From the human T2T-CHM13v2.0 reference genome, Homo sapiens: a stretch of DNA of 64,000 bases. How positions within the stretch are numbered: position 1 is the first letter of the stretch; each line of letters opens with the position of its first letter. Location: assembly GCF_009914755.1 (NCBI RefSeq), contig NC_060928.1. The stretch is one strand, 5' to 3'. The notes beneath the pieces were generated by a model. The model made no database searches. It was given only the letters and a program-made list of their open reading frames with translations, and had not been told where the DNA came from. The position numbers were made by a program, and so were the translations under genes. Positions 38,144-61,511 of the stretch are shown piece after piece.

Positions 38144-39924
38144 ATTATTTGAAAGCTATTTTGTATTATTTAGGAGAGGAGCTCTTCAATTCTGAATTGT
38201 CTGCCACTTACAAGCAGAAGAAAGTTTTTTTCTTTCATTATTTTAGCAACTATCAATAAAACAGTATTAGAAATGCCTACTCTTCAGAGATGTAATGGGA
38301 ATAAATTGTAAAGTACTTTTGATATTCTAAGATGAAAGATGGTATTACACAGTCAATAATTCAATGCTTCCCACATTATGAATTTTATCAAAATTATGTA
38401 GAGAGCTATTAGTTCATTCCAGCAACAAAACAGGCTTATATAAAAACAAAAACCTCCTGGGTCATGCCATCCTACACCAAATTCCTGTTAAACAGAGGCA
38501 TGATTTATTCCAGTGACCTTGCTATTTCTTCATAACTGTAATATGTCTAATGTTAGACATTTTAAATTAACATTCTATTAGATAAACTGAGAATTTAGGT
38601 CTCTCGCACCACCCAGGCACATACTCTATCTTTCCCCACAAATATCCAAATATGGTAATATAATTGGATTAATACGTTCATATGACTATATAATTGTTCA
38701 CAGCTGAGCCACTTAGGTGCTATAATTATAATTTCTTTGATACACAAATTTTGTTTTATTGTGATTAAAATTGCCTGATTTCTTACTTGCTGCATTTTCT
38801 GTTTATCTCTTTCAGCCCCATATCTGCTCATCTCTAAAGTTCCTTTCTAAACTCGACATGTAATTTGTTGATTATATTCATTTTCTTTATAGTGCTCAAT
38901 CTCCTGAAGCCCTCTGTCATCTTAGCATGAACTGAAATTTGGTGATATGATGCACAGCTGTCCTCTGAGGCCTTTCATGTTTCCCTTACCCTAAGAATTA
39001 TCTTTTATCTTCTGTCTTATGTCCAGAGGTTTTAAGTCTATTGTTGTCTGAGTCCCTTGTTTTCCTTCTTAGTTTTCTTCCCTTCTTTTGGTGAGCGTAT
39101 CACCAGGTAGTTCCCTGAAAAAGGGGACTTGGAAGATGTGCCAGTCATTTTCCTTGTGCTGTGAGATGTGGGAATGTGTGCTAGGCCCAGCATTACATCT
39201 GGAGGAGGGTGAAGAACATTTGTGAAGGCCACACATGCCTGAGACCAAAGTTCAGAGTGCTTGCCCATGACTCATGCTCAATCAGAACATCAGAGAACAC
39301 AGGCTTCCCCAACTCCCAAAACCACACTAAGAGGAGTTGAGTAAAAATAACAGTAGAATCCAGTTTGAGAAATTAAAGAGACATATCACTAGGGGAGTGT
39401 GAAGTCTTTAATGTATTAATGGTAACGATAGCAATAACAAACTTCAAACTCTGCCTAACTCCTGGCTCGATTAATACAAACACACCCTCACTACGGGCCT
39501 AGCAGAAGGGAAACAAGTTCATCTCTGCTATTGGTTGAATTGTGTTCTCCCGAAAAAGTATGTTGAAGGGCTAACTCCAGTACTTCAGATGTGACCTTAT
39601 TTGGAAATTAGGTCTTTAGAAGGTAATTGGTCAAAATGAGGTCATTAGGGTGGGCCTTAATCCAGTATCACTGCAGTCCTTATAAAAAGATGAAATTTTG
39701 ACACAAAGATATGCACAGAGGAAGATTATATGAGGAAACACGGGGGAATGCCATTGGAGTGATGCATCTACTAGCCAAGGAATGCCAAAGATTGGCAGCA
39801 ACACAACAGAACCTGGAGGCATGGAAGAAATTCTATATCACAGCCCTCAGAACAAACCAATCCTGCCAACACTCATAATTTGGACCCAGCCTCCAGAACT
39901 GTGAGACAATAAATTTCCTGTTAT

Positions 39925-45391
<5,467 letters not shown>

Positions 45392-47494
45392 TTAATGTAT
45401 TTCATTACACATTGTAAATATCATAACAATGTATTTCCCAATTTAAAAGGTTAAAAATACATAAGAGTGAATTGTTTTAAAACTATAATTCCAGGCCCTG
45501 ATAAACTTCTGGTTAAATATCAGGATAGACTAAAGACATTTTCAGATACAAAGGTCTCAAAAACTTTATTTCCCATGAACCTTACTAGAAAGCTACTGAA
45601 GGATGTGCTCAAATTAAACAAGAAACCAAGTTCGAAATGGAAAAACATAAAGACAGGTAAAACAATGCAAGAGATGCCAAGAATATCCCCAAGATACCTG
45701 AGCCACTGGCTTAGTGAACAAATGTGCCTGTGTTGCAGATGAGAAGGCTCCTTGAGAGTATTCTGCAAGATGAAAATGGTATAAAGCCAGATGCCTTAAA
45801 ATGAATTCAGAAAACTAGACAACTGCAGGGGACAGTTTGGGAATGAATTAAGGAAAGAACATGGAATACAAAGCATACTGAAGGTCAGTATTAACTACAG
45901 GAAACTGTTATAGAAAAAGCAAAAAGGCAATCACTTGACAATACATGGCTCAGAAATGAATGGTATTGAAATAATCAAAATAAATGTGAGAAAATATTCT
46001 AAAACAAAAATGAGAAATTCTATTAGAAGAGGGCCACAAGGTGAAGGCTGTTCCAAATTCTTGTCTCCCAAAGTGGGACATCATAATACTTCAAACTGAA
46101 AAATCCAGAGGTATTATTGGAATGTGATTTAGTGACTATAAAAGTAAATACCAAAAGAGCTGAGGAGTTCAAAGTGACTGCCTCTAAAAAGCTGGCAAAA
46201 GTGGTTATAAAGCAATAGTTGTAATTCAAATAAATCTTGTGAACAATAACTCAAACATTAAACCTAGATTTTTAAAAATTGTACTTTGGGGCTGGGTGCA
46301 GTGGTTCATGTCTGTAATTCCAGCACTTTGGGAGGCCGGAGTGGGTGGATCACCTGAGGTCAGGAGATCCAGACCAGCCTGGCCAACATGATGAAACCCC
46401 ATCTCTACTAAAAATACAAAAATTAGCTGGGCATGGTGGCAGGCACCTGTAATCCCAGCTACTTTGGGTGGAGAGGGTGCGGTGCTGAGGCTCCAGAACT
46501 GCTTGGACCCAGGAGGCGGAGGTTGCAGTGAGACGAGATAATGCCATTGCACTACAGTGTGGGTGACAGAGCGAGACTCTATGTCAAAAATAAAAAAAAA
46601 ATAAAAAGAGAAAAATGATCTGTATTACACAGGAAGAGATACAGATGTCTTTACCTGCCCATGACATGACTATCTCTACGGAAACTCCAATGGAATCTAA
46701 ACAAGAGCTACTAAAAATGAGTTTAGCCAGCTATAGGCAATAAGATTAATATTCAAAAATTAGTTTTCTGTATACTAGTAATGAACAACTAGAATTGAAA
46801 TAATCAACATAAAAAATTAAATACTTAAGGACAAATCTGACAAAACATGTTAAATAACACGTACACTAAAAACTACAAATTTCAGAGACAATTACATAAA
46901 AATTCATTGAATAGATTCACTGTTATGTCTACTGACATGTTGTCAATTTTCTCCGTATTAATCTAAAAAGATACAACATAATCCCATCAAAAGCTCGTCT
47001 TTTTTGTTGACACAAGTTTTCCAAATGTCACCCATCTGTGATCTATTGAAAGATGTTAATTCCTGAATTAACAGAATAAACCTAAGGAGGAAAAGATGGA
47101 ACTAAGTTAAGATGGATTCTGAGACTAGAGATCAGTTCCCAAAGTGAAGTGAAGGACAGTAGCTGAACAGGACTAGAGGGTACTCTGTCCAGTGGGAACA
47201 GAACAGGTTATCTACCGGTTGTGTATGTACAGTATGTGTGTGTGTGGCAGAGGAGGATGTAAGAATGCCATCTCATTTTCTATAGGACTAAGGCAATACT
47301 AACAAAGGCACACACAATAAAAAATAAAGTAAGTTACTTAGAAATATGGAGGTAAACAGAGGAAAGGTGAAAGTGGCACTGGGCATGGTGGTTCATGCCT
47401 GTAACCCCAGTGCTTTGGGAGGCTAAGGCAGGAGAATTGCTTGAGGCCACAAGTTCAACACCACGCTGGGCAAAATAGAAAAATAAAAACTTTA

Positions 47495-47967
<473 letters not shown>

Positions 47968-48245
47968 GGCAATTACAAAAGTAATAGATTTTCTTACATA
48001 ATACATTTCTTCAGTAATATATGTTTCAAGTATTTTACTGTAGAATTTCTAAAGTACCTTGTCACTGACCCCATAATTTAATATAAAGTAGGTCCCATAA
48101 TCACATTTTTTGGAAGTTGCTGAAACTGAGATAAAAAAATATTGCTTTCTTATGGGAAAAACTGGACAAAATACAGAATAGCCAAAACTAGATTCACTGG
48201 CTCAGTTATGTCTACTAGGTGAAAGAAACTGAGTCTTCTAATAAT

Positions 48246-49661
48246 TCATTCAGAATCTGTTACTGTAGAAATTTTAAGAGGTTTTGAGTCAGTTCCAGTA
48301 TAAAAATAAGGCCAAAGTGCTCCTGTAAAATTATCATTAAAAGTATAGAGAAGAGATCTATCATTCAAATTATAAAAGGAAACTTCATTCATTTCATAGT
48401 CTAAAAAAATGCCAATCTTACTAGGAATTACTTGTGGCAGCAGAATAATTTCCCTGTGGCCCAATACAATATAATTATTCTGACTAGATCGCCAAATTCC
48501 CCATAATCCATCCTGTACTAAAATTGGTTGACTCTTCCTCCTTCTGGGAAGACAGTCATTACAGACACCAAGAATCCATTCAGGCTTGTCTTTCACTTCT
48601 ACTTCCCAGTACTGCCTGCCACAACTATATCCCTTAGAACCCAGAACAGCTGGGAGGAGATAAAATCTTCTTGGGTTATGAGGTACATTTTGTGTTGTAT
48701 TTCCATAGCGCACAGTTTTTCTATCTTCTGAGACTATAAGTTTACGATGTGCTGTTTCAGGATCTAGAATTACATCTACTTGAAATCGCTTGATAATTTT
48801 GTCTAGGCCAGAATATTGTGGAGGCAGATGGTAACCATATTTTTTTAATTTGAATAAAAACAGCTCAGGGAATTTTAAATTCTCATATCTGTGATAGATA
48901 TCCTTAACATTTGCCAGTAATTCCAGTTCTGACTTCACATATATGCTCTCTATCTCCTTTAGTAGATATTTTAATGAGGAGGTATAATCTGAAAATTTTG
49001 TTAGGCTTTCATTTAGTTGTGCTAAAATATCCATCTCTTCATCTTGTAATTGCCTAAGAACAGTCTCTTGCTCATTTTGGAGAAATAACCTAAGTTGCTC
49101 AAATTCAGACTTGACTTCTTCTGCCCTATGTTTTACCTTTTTCTTCAGTTCCAGTGATTTCCTGGTTTGCATAGTTATGACTTTTTCAATTAGTTCCACT
49201 CTCTCCTTCCACGGTGCATTGTATTCCTCCAGTTTTTTCCTATGATAGGAGGCAGCCTTCTTTATGGGCCAAACACAGTGATGCTGGTGATCAGTGGACA
49301 AACTGCACCTTGGACATAAAAGCTCTAGGTCTTTCTGACAGAAGAAAGTCAAAACCTGATTATGCTTCTTACACACATGCTTCTCTTCCTGCCTCTTCCT
49401 CTTCTTGCTTCTTATCTGGAGTTGCTTAGCAATTTCAGTCAAACTACCCAGCTGGGGATTGCTTATAAATTTCCTTTCTGGACAGCAAAAGTGGCAAAAG
49501 GGGCAGGGGAAACTATCATGTAGATCCTTCCAGGACATAATGATGCAGGAGAGACAGAAGTTATGCCCACAGCTGATGGTCACTGGGTCTTTCAAGTAGT
49601 CCAGACAGATGGGACAGCTAGCCTCTGCTCGGAGGTCAGCCAGGGCCGTAACAAATTCCAT
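48246..49661 (-). CDS. TRIM61: TRIM61: intact single-exon 471-aa RING/B-box/coiled-coil/PRY-SPRY ORF
   Basis: [22 protein letters not shown].. C3HC4 RING, B-box2, LDPETAH (PRY), YWEVEV and GIFLDYE (SPRY). Acceptor ttttcttactcatag|G at 49998. Confidence 0.93.
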   Translation of the reverse strand: MEFVTALADLRAEASCPICLDYLKDPVTISCGHNFCLSCIIMSWKDLHDSFPCPFCHFCCPERKFISNPQLGSLTEIAKQLQIRSKKRKRQEEKHVCKKHNQVLTFFCQKDLELLCPRCSLSTDHQHHCVWPIKKAASYHRKKLEEYNAPWKERVELIEKVITMQTRKSLELKKKVKHRAEEVKSEFEQLRLFLQNEQETVLRQLQDEEMDILAQLNESLTKFSDYTSSLKYLLKEIESIYVKSELELLANVKDIYHRYENLKFPELFLFKLKKYGYHLPPQYSGLDKIIKRFQVDVILDPETAHRKLIVSEDRKTVRYGNTTQNVPHNPRRFYLLPAVLGSKGYSCGRQYWEVEVKDKPEWILGVCNDCLPRRRKSQPILVQDGLWGIWRSSQNNYIVLGHREIILLPQVIPSKIGIFLDYEMNEVSFYNLNDRSLLYTFNDNFTGALWPYFYTGTDSKPLKISTVTDSE

Positions 49662-50557
49662 TGAGACTTGAACAAAGATGGTAGGTAAGGTAATTCTTTT
49701 ATTTTAGCAAGGCCTAGCTCTCTAGAGCTCAAGACCCAGTACACAGTGGATATACTCCCCAGACCTTGAAATCTGATCAACTATCAGTTTTACTGACTTG
49801 GCATGTTGATGGCAGCTTCTAGAAACTTGTTAAGCCCTCAGCTCCTTAGCTTCAGAGTCTACTGCCACGAACACTTCACAGCCTGCAGCCTATTGCATAT
49901 TAGAACTTAATAGCTGGGCTGCTGCTCTTCCCACTAAATGAAATAAAGTCAAGTTTTCTTCAAGAAAGCAGCCTCAGGTCCAAGATAGGGAATCCTTCCT
50001 ATGAGTAAGAAAAGACACCACGTTAAAATTCCATAATCACAAATGTATTAAACGTTCACACAAGAATCATCAATGAATGCTAAAATCATGGGGTGGAAGT
50101 TCTTGGAAAAACAAGATTCTCATATTGCAGAGATTCACGCCATACATTACTTATTAAAAAAAAAAAAACTAAAAAATATGGGACAAACTTATGTGCTTCC
50201 TGATAGGATGCTATGGCAAGTATACAACATTGCCTATATAATATTCTTTCCAAAAATATTGCCATTAGAGAAAATTAATTCAGATTGTGGAGCATTCTTA
50301 CAAGACAACTGGTATGCATTCTTCAAAAATGTCAATGTCAGGAAAAACAAGCATTAAAAAAAAAGGTTTCTACATTTAAGGAGAGGAAACAAACATGATA
50401 AATACAACGTGTGACCCCTGATTGAATCTGAGATCTTGAAATCAAAACAAAACAAAACAAAAAAATGCTGGGAACAGGCTGGGTGTGGTGGCTCACACCT
50501 ATAATCCCAGCATTTTGGGGGGCCAAGGCGCTCAGCTCCCTTGAGGCCGGGAGTTCA

Positions 50558-50752
<195 letters not shown>

Positions 50753-50838
50753 CTATCTCCCCCCTCAAAAAAAATGGGGAACAAATAAATATGAGATTCT
50801 TAGTATGGACTGTGTATCACATAATGTTGTACCAGTTA

Positions 50839-51438
<600 letters not shown>

Positions 51439-51974
51439 TTAAGCAAGTCAAATTCCTCCATCAAAGCTTGAAAGCCACCTAACCATCAATACAGTATTTT
51501 TTCCCCTTCACCTCCTTTCCCTAGACACTTTCTTAACTCTTCTTCTTCCTCTCACTTTCCTCATAACCCAACGACAGTGACAGTAATAGTATGTGCATGG
51601 TTTTGACATGTGAAACTGGCTCTGTCTTGGTGACCTAGCAAGTTCTTTTACTATACATTCTCTTTAGACTAGCAGAATAGGAAAATATGCAGTAGCCCTA
51701 GAAAGTCACCATTTATCCATTATTCCCAAACTTAAAGTTTTAATTCAGTGTCCTAGGACTGCACAAGCAAAAGCTATCACAGCAACATGCTACAGGAGGC
51801 AGTATTTCACAATGTAAGCACTAACATTATTGAGAGGACACCAGGTTTGAATCCTGGCTCAGCTATTGACTGTGTATCTTTAGAAAATCGATGTGTCTTT
51901 TTTTGAATCGCATTTCTTTGACCTGTAAAATGGGAAGTATAACAACCTCTTTTTCTTATAAGAATATCATGTAA

Positions 51975-52271
<297 letters not shown>

Positions 52272-53608
52272 TGAGTAGCTGGGCCTACAGGCGTGCGCCA
52301 CCACACCCGGCTAAGGTTTGTAACTTTAGTGGAGACAGGGTTTCGCCATGTTGTCCAGGCTGGTCTTGAACTCTGGACTCCAAGTGATCGGCCCACCTTG
52401 GCCTCCCAAAGTGCTGGGATTACAGGCATTAGCCACCGCACCTGACATGTCTATTGCTTCTTGATATCATTTAACTTGTCCCTCAGGCCTTCACTTTTTA
52501 AACAAATTAAATGTTGTTTCCCCTCATAACAATCTGTTTATAACTCCCCACAAGTCAGGACAAAGTTTTTCACCCTTAGCTCGCCATTCAGAACCCTTCG
52601 TATTTCATTATCTTCATCTGGCTACAGTCTCCTAAAGTACTTAACGAAAACAAACAAACAAACACAGGTATCATGCTTTCCCTCTTCTGCACAAACCACT
52701 TTCTGCTTAGATTACCCTACCCTCACTTCTTCCCTAGGACTAAGTTTTGGTCCTTCTAGAGACTCAGCCCAAGACACATGTTCTCAAGGATAATTTATTA
52801 TATGTCAGGCACTATGCTAAGGATCTTCCATATAGTCACAGGTTCAATTAAACCATCAGAACAACTCCGTAAGTTAGGAGCTATTATCCTCAATTAGAGC
52901 TATAAAAGCCTAGAGCTGTAAAAGCGGAGTCTACAAGAATTTGAACATGCTTATCCAACATTACGCTAATTGGCATAACCACTGGCATGATAATCACTAA
53001 GTTGTACTGCTCCTTCTTTACACTCGCACGGCATCCTATGCAGCCCTCTATATATCAAATCAACTTAGATTTTTCATATTTGATATGTTCAGTTGTTCAT
53101 ATTTAATAATGTATCCCAAATATTTTAAAAGGGAAAAATGGGCTTACTGATCCAACACTACAATGGAGAAAAGAGATAAAATACAAACTGAGAGCTAACA
53201 ATACCTAACAGAATTGGGTTTTCATCCAACTCTAACACTTAGCTAGCTACATGTACTTGGTCAAGTTAATTTCTCTGAGTTTCACTTTTCAGAAAGTAGG
53301 AAATAATACTGTCTCAGGTTTTAAGCATAAATGAATAAATTATCTAAGACACCTGTCACAGTCCTTGGCATTTAACCCATGTACAATAAAAAATATTGTA
53401 GGACTATCTCAGAAAATCTCTCAAGAGGTCATACAAATTTAGCTGAATCCACATACTTCTATTATAGCATATTATAGTTGATGTATTATATGTAATACAT
53501 ACATATATAGAGATAACCTATATTTACTTACATATAAAACACATTGGGCCAGGCGTGGTGGCTCACACCTGTAATCCCAGCACTTTGGGAGGCCAAGGCA
53601 GTGGATCA

Positions 53609-53854
<246 letters not shown>

Positions 53855-55028
53855 CTAAAAGCTGTTATGGCTTATAAGGTTGCTAGTCCTGAAATGATTA
53901 GTAAAGGCAGTAACTTCCAAGGGCTCACTGTAGTAGTGGTGTGCTTCAGAGAATTTTCCTATACTAATTTTGGAGTAAGACAGAAGTTTTAGAATTTTAA
54001 AATACATCCTTTATTTTAAATAGCCCTCCATATTGGCAAGTTCAGCATCCACTAACACAATTAACTTCAGATAGAATCGAAAATACAGTATTCCTGGGAT
54101 GCAGAACCTGCATCCACTGGTCTTGAGCATTCATGGATTTTGGTATCTTCGGGTGCCCTGGAACCAATGCCCTGTGTATATTGTATATCCAGGGATGAGA
54201 GTACATTTAACTTGTGAAAAATTCTAACACAACACTACAGAAAACATAGAATAATGGCCGGGAGTGGTGGCTTCAGGGCTGTAATCCCAGAACTTTGGGA
54301 GGCCAAGCTGGGTGGATCGCTTGAGCCCAAGAGTTCAAGACCAGCCTGAGCAACATGGCAAAATCCCATCTCTACAAAAGGAAAAGAAAGAAAAGAAATA
54401 AAAAGAATACTGTCTCTTACAAACCACTCTTCCCACCTGCCCACACTAAGCGTGGCTATGGTGACTCCCAATACTTGCTTAATACTTTCAAATGGGTACT
54501 GTTGAGCAGAACAAGAAAGTTAGAAAGTGCATGGGAATGGGAGTGAGGTTGCATAGGGTGCTCAGAGATTGGAAAAATTGAGCCTGAAAAAGTTTTAAGA
54601 ATCTTGCCCAGCCACGCACGGTGGCTCACACTTGTAATCCCAGCACTTTGGGAGGCCAAGGCAGGCAGATTACCTTAGGTCAAGTGTTCGAGACCAGCCT
54701 GGACAACATGGTGAAACCCTGTCTCTACTAAAAATGCAAAAATTAGCCGGGCATGGTGGCGCGCCTGTAGTCCCAGCTACTTGGGAAGCTAAGGCAGGAG
54801 AATGGCTCAAACCAGGGGGCAGAGGTTGCAGTGAGCTGAGATGGCGCCATTGCACTCCAGCCTGGGTGAAAAGAGGAAAACTCCATCTTAAAAAAAAAAA
54901 AAAGAATCTTGCCCAATGTCACATAGTTAGTAAACTGCAGAGCATCATTGCAAAAAATGGTAAAATCAGAAGAAAAAATGTACTTTTAAGAAAACATATA
55001 CAAAAAAGGACTCTAGCACAGTGCAAAG

Positions 55029-56041
55029 TGCAGGGAAAAGAAAGAGATCAGACTGTCACTGTGTGTCTATGCAGAAAGGGAAGACGTAAGAGACTCTATT
55101 TTGAAAAAGACCTGTACTTTAAACAATTGCTTTGCTGAGATGTTGTTAATTTGTAGCTTTGCCCCAGCCACTTTGACTCAACCTGGAGCTCACAAAAACA
55201 TGTGTTGTATAAAATCAAGGTTTAAGGGATCTAGGGCTGTGCAGGACGTGCCTTGTTAACAAAATGTTTACAAGCAGTATGCTTGGTAAAAGTCATCGCC
55301 ATTCTCTAGTCTCAATAAACCAGGGGCACAATGCACTGCGGAAAGCCACAGGGACCTCTGCCCTTGAAAGCGGGGTATTGTCCAAGGTTTCTCCCCATGT
55401 GATAGTCTGAAATATGGCCTCGTGGGATGAGAAAGACCTGACTGTCCCCAGCCTGACACCCGTAAAGGGTCTGTGCTGAGGTGAATTAGTAAAAGAGGAA
55501 AGCCTCTTGCAGTTGAGATGGAGGAAGGCCACGGTCTGCTGCCTGCCCCTGGGAACTGAATGTCTTGGTATAAAACCTGATTGTACCTTTGTTCAATTCT
55601 GAAATAGGAGAAAAACCGCCCTATGGTGGGAGGCGAGACATGTTTGCAGTAATGCTGACTTGTTATTCTTTACTCCGCTGAGATGTTTGGGTGGAGAGAA
55701 ACATAAATCTGGCTTACGTGCACGTCCAGTCATAGTACTTTCCCTTGAACTTAATTATGACATAGATTCTATTGCTCACATGTTTGTTGCTGACCTTCTC
55801 CTTATTATAACCCTGCTCTCCTACTACATTCCTTTTTGCTGAAATAATGAAAATAATAATCAATAAAAACTGAGGGAACTCAGAGGCCGGTGCCGGTGCA
55901 GGTCCTTGGTATGCTGAGCGCCGGTCCCCTGGGCCCACTGTTGTTTCTCTATACTTTGTCTCTGTCTTATTTCTTTTCTCAGTCTCTCGTCCCACCCGAC
56001 TAGAAATACCCACAGGTGTGGAGGGGCAGGCCACCCCTTCA
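55029..56041 (+). mobile_element. HERV-K (HML-2) LTR5A/B solo LTR
   Basis: tgcagggaaaagaaagagatcagactg...ggggcaggccaccccttca, TATA-like tataaaa ~55569, AATAAA ~55862. Confidence 0.92.
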
Positions 56042-57049
56042 TAAAGGACACAAGAGGACTCACTCCAGGTATCATTGTGCCCTCCTTTCCCCAAGCATAC
56101 ACCCAAAGCAGTCTTCTCTACTATTTAAAATCAGGACATTAAGTGAACAGAACAGCTCTGTAGGCACAGTCACCACCCTAGTTTAAACCACTTATGTCTC
56201 TCTCCTAGATACACAATGGTGCCTCCAATTTCTGAAGTCTGTAGCTAAACTGACCTTTTCAAATACAAACAGAATCCTTTCATATTTCAACTGAAAACAT
56301 TCCACTGGTCCTTTATTACTTTATGGAAGCAATTCTCAAATCTTACCTTGCATTATAATCACCTGGAGGTCTTGGTAAAAGATTGCCTGGGCCACATCCC
56401 CAGTTTCTGACTCAGTAGGGCTGGTTTTTTCCTAAGTTCCCAGATGATGCTGCTGGCCTGCGGACTGTACTTTGTGAACCTATGCTTTAAGGAAAACAAA
56501 GCAAAAAGATCCATTAAGATCTAGTCCAAGTTTTTTGCCTAGCTCCCATCATGTCACATATCACAGTTATGTGATTTTACAGCTACTCTGCAATTCTTTA
56601 CCTAACTGTAAAAACCCCTCACCAGGCAGCAAGCTTCTTGGTGGCAATACGTCTCTAGCTTGTTTGAGGAATAAATAAAACCTGTGGTAGATTCCAAGCT
56701 CTCAGTTTCAACCATCATCATACTGGCTGATTCTTAACATGCCTGCACCTAAAGCGCCTCATCTACAAAGTTGAAATGATAATTCGTACCTGTAAGACCC
56801 TTGTGAGGATTACAGGATGCTTACATAGGTCGAGGGTGCAGACGACGTAGGCTGGTGGGTTCTCAACTGGCAGCTACCACTTCGCTCCCTTAACTCCCCA
56901 ACCCCCACTCCCAAACACGTACATTAACTCTTTGAAGATAACATAGCCACTTCATAAACCCTAATTCAGATCATAACATTTAAAGCTTAATTGATACAGG
57001 CTCAACACCCCCATTCTAACTCTACAATCCTGAATTTTTCACAAGAGCT

Positions 57050-57450
57050 ACGCCAGACACTAAGGAGATCCAGTCGTGGGCAGGCAGCGACCCGGAGGTT
57101 TAGGCACAGAGAATGTTCAAGAAGCCCCTGTCCAGTTAAGCCTCCTGGCGAGGCCCTTCTGGGCCTTTCCTGCGGCCTTCCCAGCTCACCTGGAGCAGAC
57201 GGATCAGCAAATCCGGCCAAAGAATACTCAGGACCCACCGAGCCCCCGCGAGGAAGGACTCATACCCCAACCCCACCAAGTGGGCTGCTTCCTGCCTGGG
57301 GCTCAGCCTGCGCGGTGGTTGGCAGTTGCCCCGGAAGTGGGCGGGAAGGACCTGCGCATGCTCTGTGACCCTGGGTGCAGGGATTGTGTGAAGATTGAGA
57401 GCTGGGGGCGCCCTCTTCCGTGATCAGGGCCCCGTTGGCCCCAACTGGCA
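57050..57450 (-). promoter_or_regulatory. GC/CpG-rich probable TRIM61 promoter and first exon
   Basis: ccggaagt (57331) next to a GC box, tgcgcatgc (57353), minus-strand donor CAG|gtgagc at 57190/57189. Confidence 0.65.
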
Positions 57451-57996
57451 TTTAATTCCCCTGGCTGTCTTTTCGGATTCTTATCACTTTTTATGTATAT
57501 GAGTAAACTTGAGGGTCCAAGTAAGTCTGCAAGTTGGTTTTAAAAGCTTCACCAGCACAGCGTCCCCTCCCAGATGGTGAGGGAGTGGAGAGCTTTGCAG
57601 GGTCAACTGCTTCCCGTAGCCTGGGGTCGCAGGGTGGAGTCGTTGAGCACTCCCTATGCTTGAAAGAGGAATAGAAGCCCCTTTGGATTAGTTTGCATCT
57701 CAGTGGGTGAGTGGGTGGATCTCTCCCACCCTGTGGGATTGTGCCCTACCCTATGAACTCAGGTTTACCTGAGGAAGTGACATTTCAGGCGGAATTTGAG
57801 GGATGAAGAGGCATTCGTTGGATCAATTCCACGGTCAAAGTCTTCAAGGCTGGAAGAAGAGCCAATGTGGAGCCTCTCAACTTTAAAGAATTTAGTACAG
57901 GCCGGGCATAGTGGCTCACACCTGTAATCCAAGCACTTTCAGAGGCAGAGGTGGGAGGATCGCTTGAGGCCAGGAGTTCAGGACAAGCCTAGGTAA

Positions 57997-58568
<572 letters not shown>

Positions 58569-59768
58569 TAGCCAGGATGGTGTCGATTTCCTGACCTCGT
58601 GATCCGCCCGCCTCGGCCTCCCAAAGTGCTAGGAGTACAGGCGTGAGCCACCGCGCCCTGCCTAGAGATGATAATTTTTAAAAACTTGGTACAAAAGGAA
58701 CTGAAAGAGGTCATTTGGTTGGCACTACAACGTGGGAAATTGCAAGAAGTATAAAATATGGAAAATGGCTTTGTGAGGCTGATGAGATAGGCGAGAATGA
58801 ATGCTGCAAGGCCCTTTAGGCAAAATTGAGGATATTGGTTTTTATCAAATGCAAAGAAAAGCCAGTGAAGCATTTTAAACATGAAGTACTAAGATTTGAA
58901 TTGTGGAATAAAGACCCGTCGATGCCTTTAATATATCCTAGAAAGGGTGTATGGTGGACAGTTGAATAGAGGTGTGACCTAGACAAATCAACCGATAAAG
59001 CAAAGTCCTTGTTCGTAAACCTTTTGAAATTCCAGAGTCTCCTGAAAAAGAAAGGAAAAGAAATACCAGTGGCAGCAGCTTCCCCCATATTACTTTGCAG
59101 TGAGGTGAGTGCATGGTATTTATTTGTTATTTTCGCCCAGGCTGGAGTACAATGGCGCCATTTTGGCTCACTGCAAGCTCCGCCTCGCGGGTTCAGCCTC
59201 CCTGGTTCAAACAGTTCTCCTGCCTCAGCCTACAGAGTAGCTGGGATTACAGGCGCGTGCCACCCACGCCCGGCTAAGTTTTTGTGCTTTCAGTACAGAC
59301 GGGGGTTTCACTGTGTTGGCCCGGCTGATCTCAAACTCCTGGGCTTAAGCGATCCACCCGCCTCGGGCTCCCAAAATGCTGGGATTACTTAAAGGTGTGA
59401 GCCACTGCACCCACCCTGTATATTATGCTATTTAAACAAACTATGCAGCCAGCAGGGTGGTTTCTTTCCCTGTCACAGTACGTGGCATTAAAAATCACGC
59501 TTGTAATCCCAGCACTTTGGGAGGCCGAGGTGGGCGGATAACAAGGTCAGGAGTTCGAGACCAGCCTGACCAACATGGTGAAACCCCATCTCTACTAAAA
59601 ATACAAAAATTAGCCGGCGTGGTGGCGCCTGCCTGTAATCCCAGCTACTCAGGGGAGGAACTGCTTGAACCCGTGAGGCAGAAGTTGTAGTGGGCCGAGA
59701 TCGCGCCACTGCACTCCCGTCTGGGCGACAGAGGGAGACTTTGTCACCAAAAAAAAAATTATTTAAGA

Positions 59769-60620
<852 letters not shown>

Positions 60621-60806
60621 TAACTTAAGAGACCAGGCATGGTGGCTCAACGACTATAGTCCCAAAACTTTGAGAGGCCGAGGCAGGTGATTACTTGAGG
60701 TCTGAAGTTCGAGACCAGCCTGGCCAACATGGTGAAACTCTGTCTCTACTAAAAATACAAAAATTAGCTAGGCCTGGTGATGGGCGCCTGTAATACCAGC
60801 TATTCA

Positions 60807-60977
<171 letters not shown>

Positions 60978-61147
60978 TCAATATGGCACTGAATCCTGCA
61001 AGGCTGACTATACCTCATAGGATACAGCATAATTTAACTGGATGGGGCCCACCTGCTAGATGCTAATTAACCTAAAGAGATGTGATGTAATTACTCTTCT
61101 AGACCAGTTGCCCTAAGAATTTTGTTCTTCCCTACAACAAGAGTTCA

Positions 61148-61511
<364 letters not shown>

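Noticed and set aside
48246-49661. Calling the 471-aa ORF TRIM60 because of its length
   Set aside because: The N-terminus MEFVTALADLRAEAS matches TRIM61 as I recall it (TRIM60 starts MEFVTALVNLQEESS), and the 209-aa TRIM61 can be rebuilt from this locus.
56602-56681. Possible TRIM61 5'UTR exon (ccacag| ... |gtaaag on minus strand)
   Set aside because: Splice motifs alone are not enough without transcript evidence.
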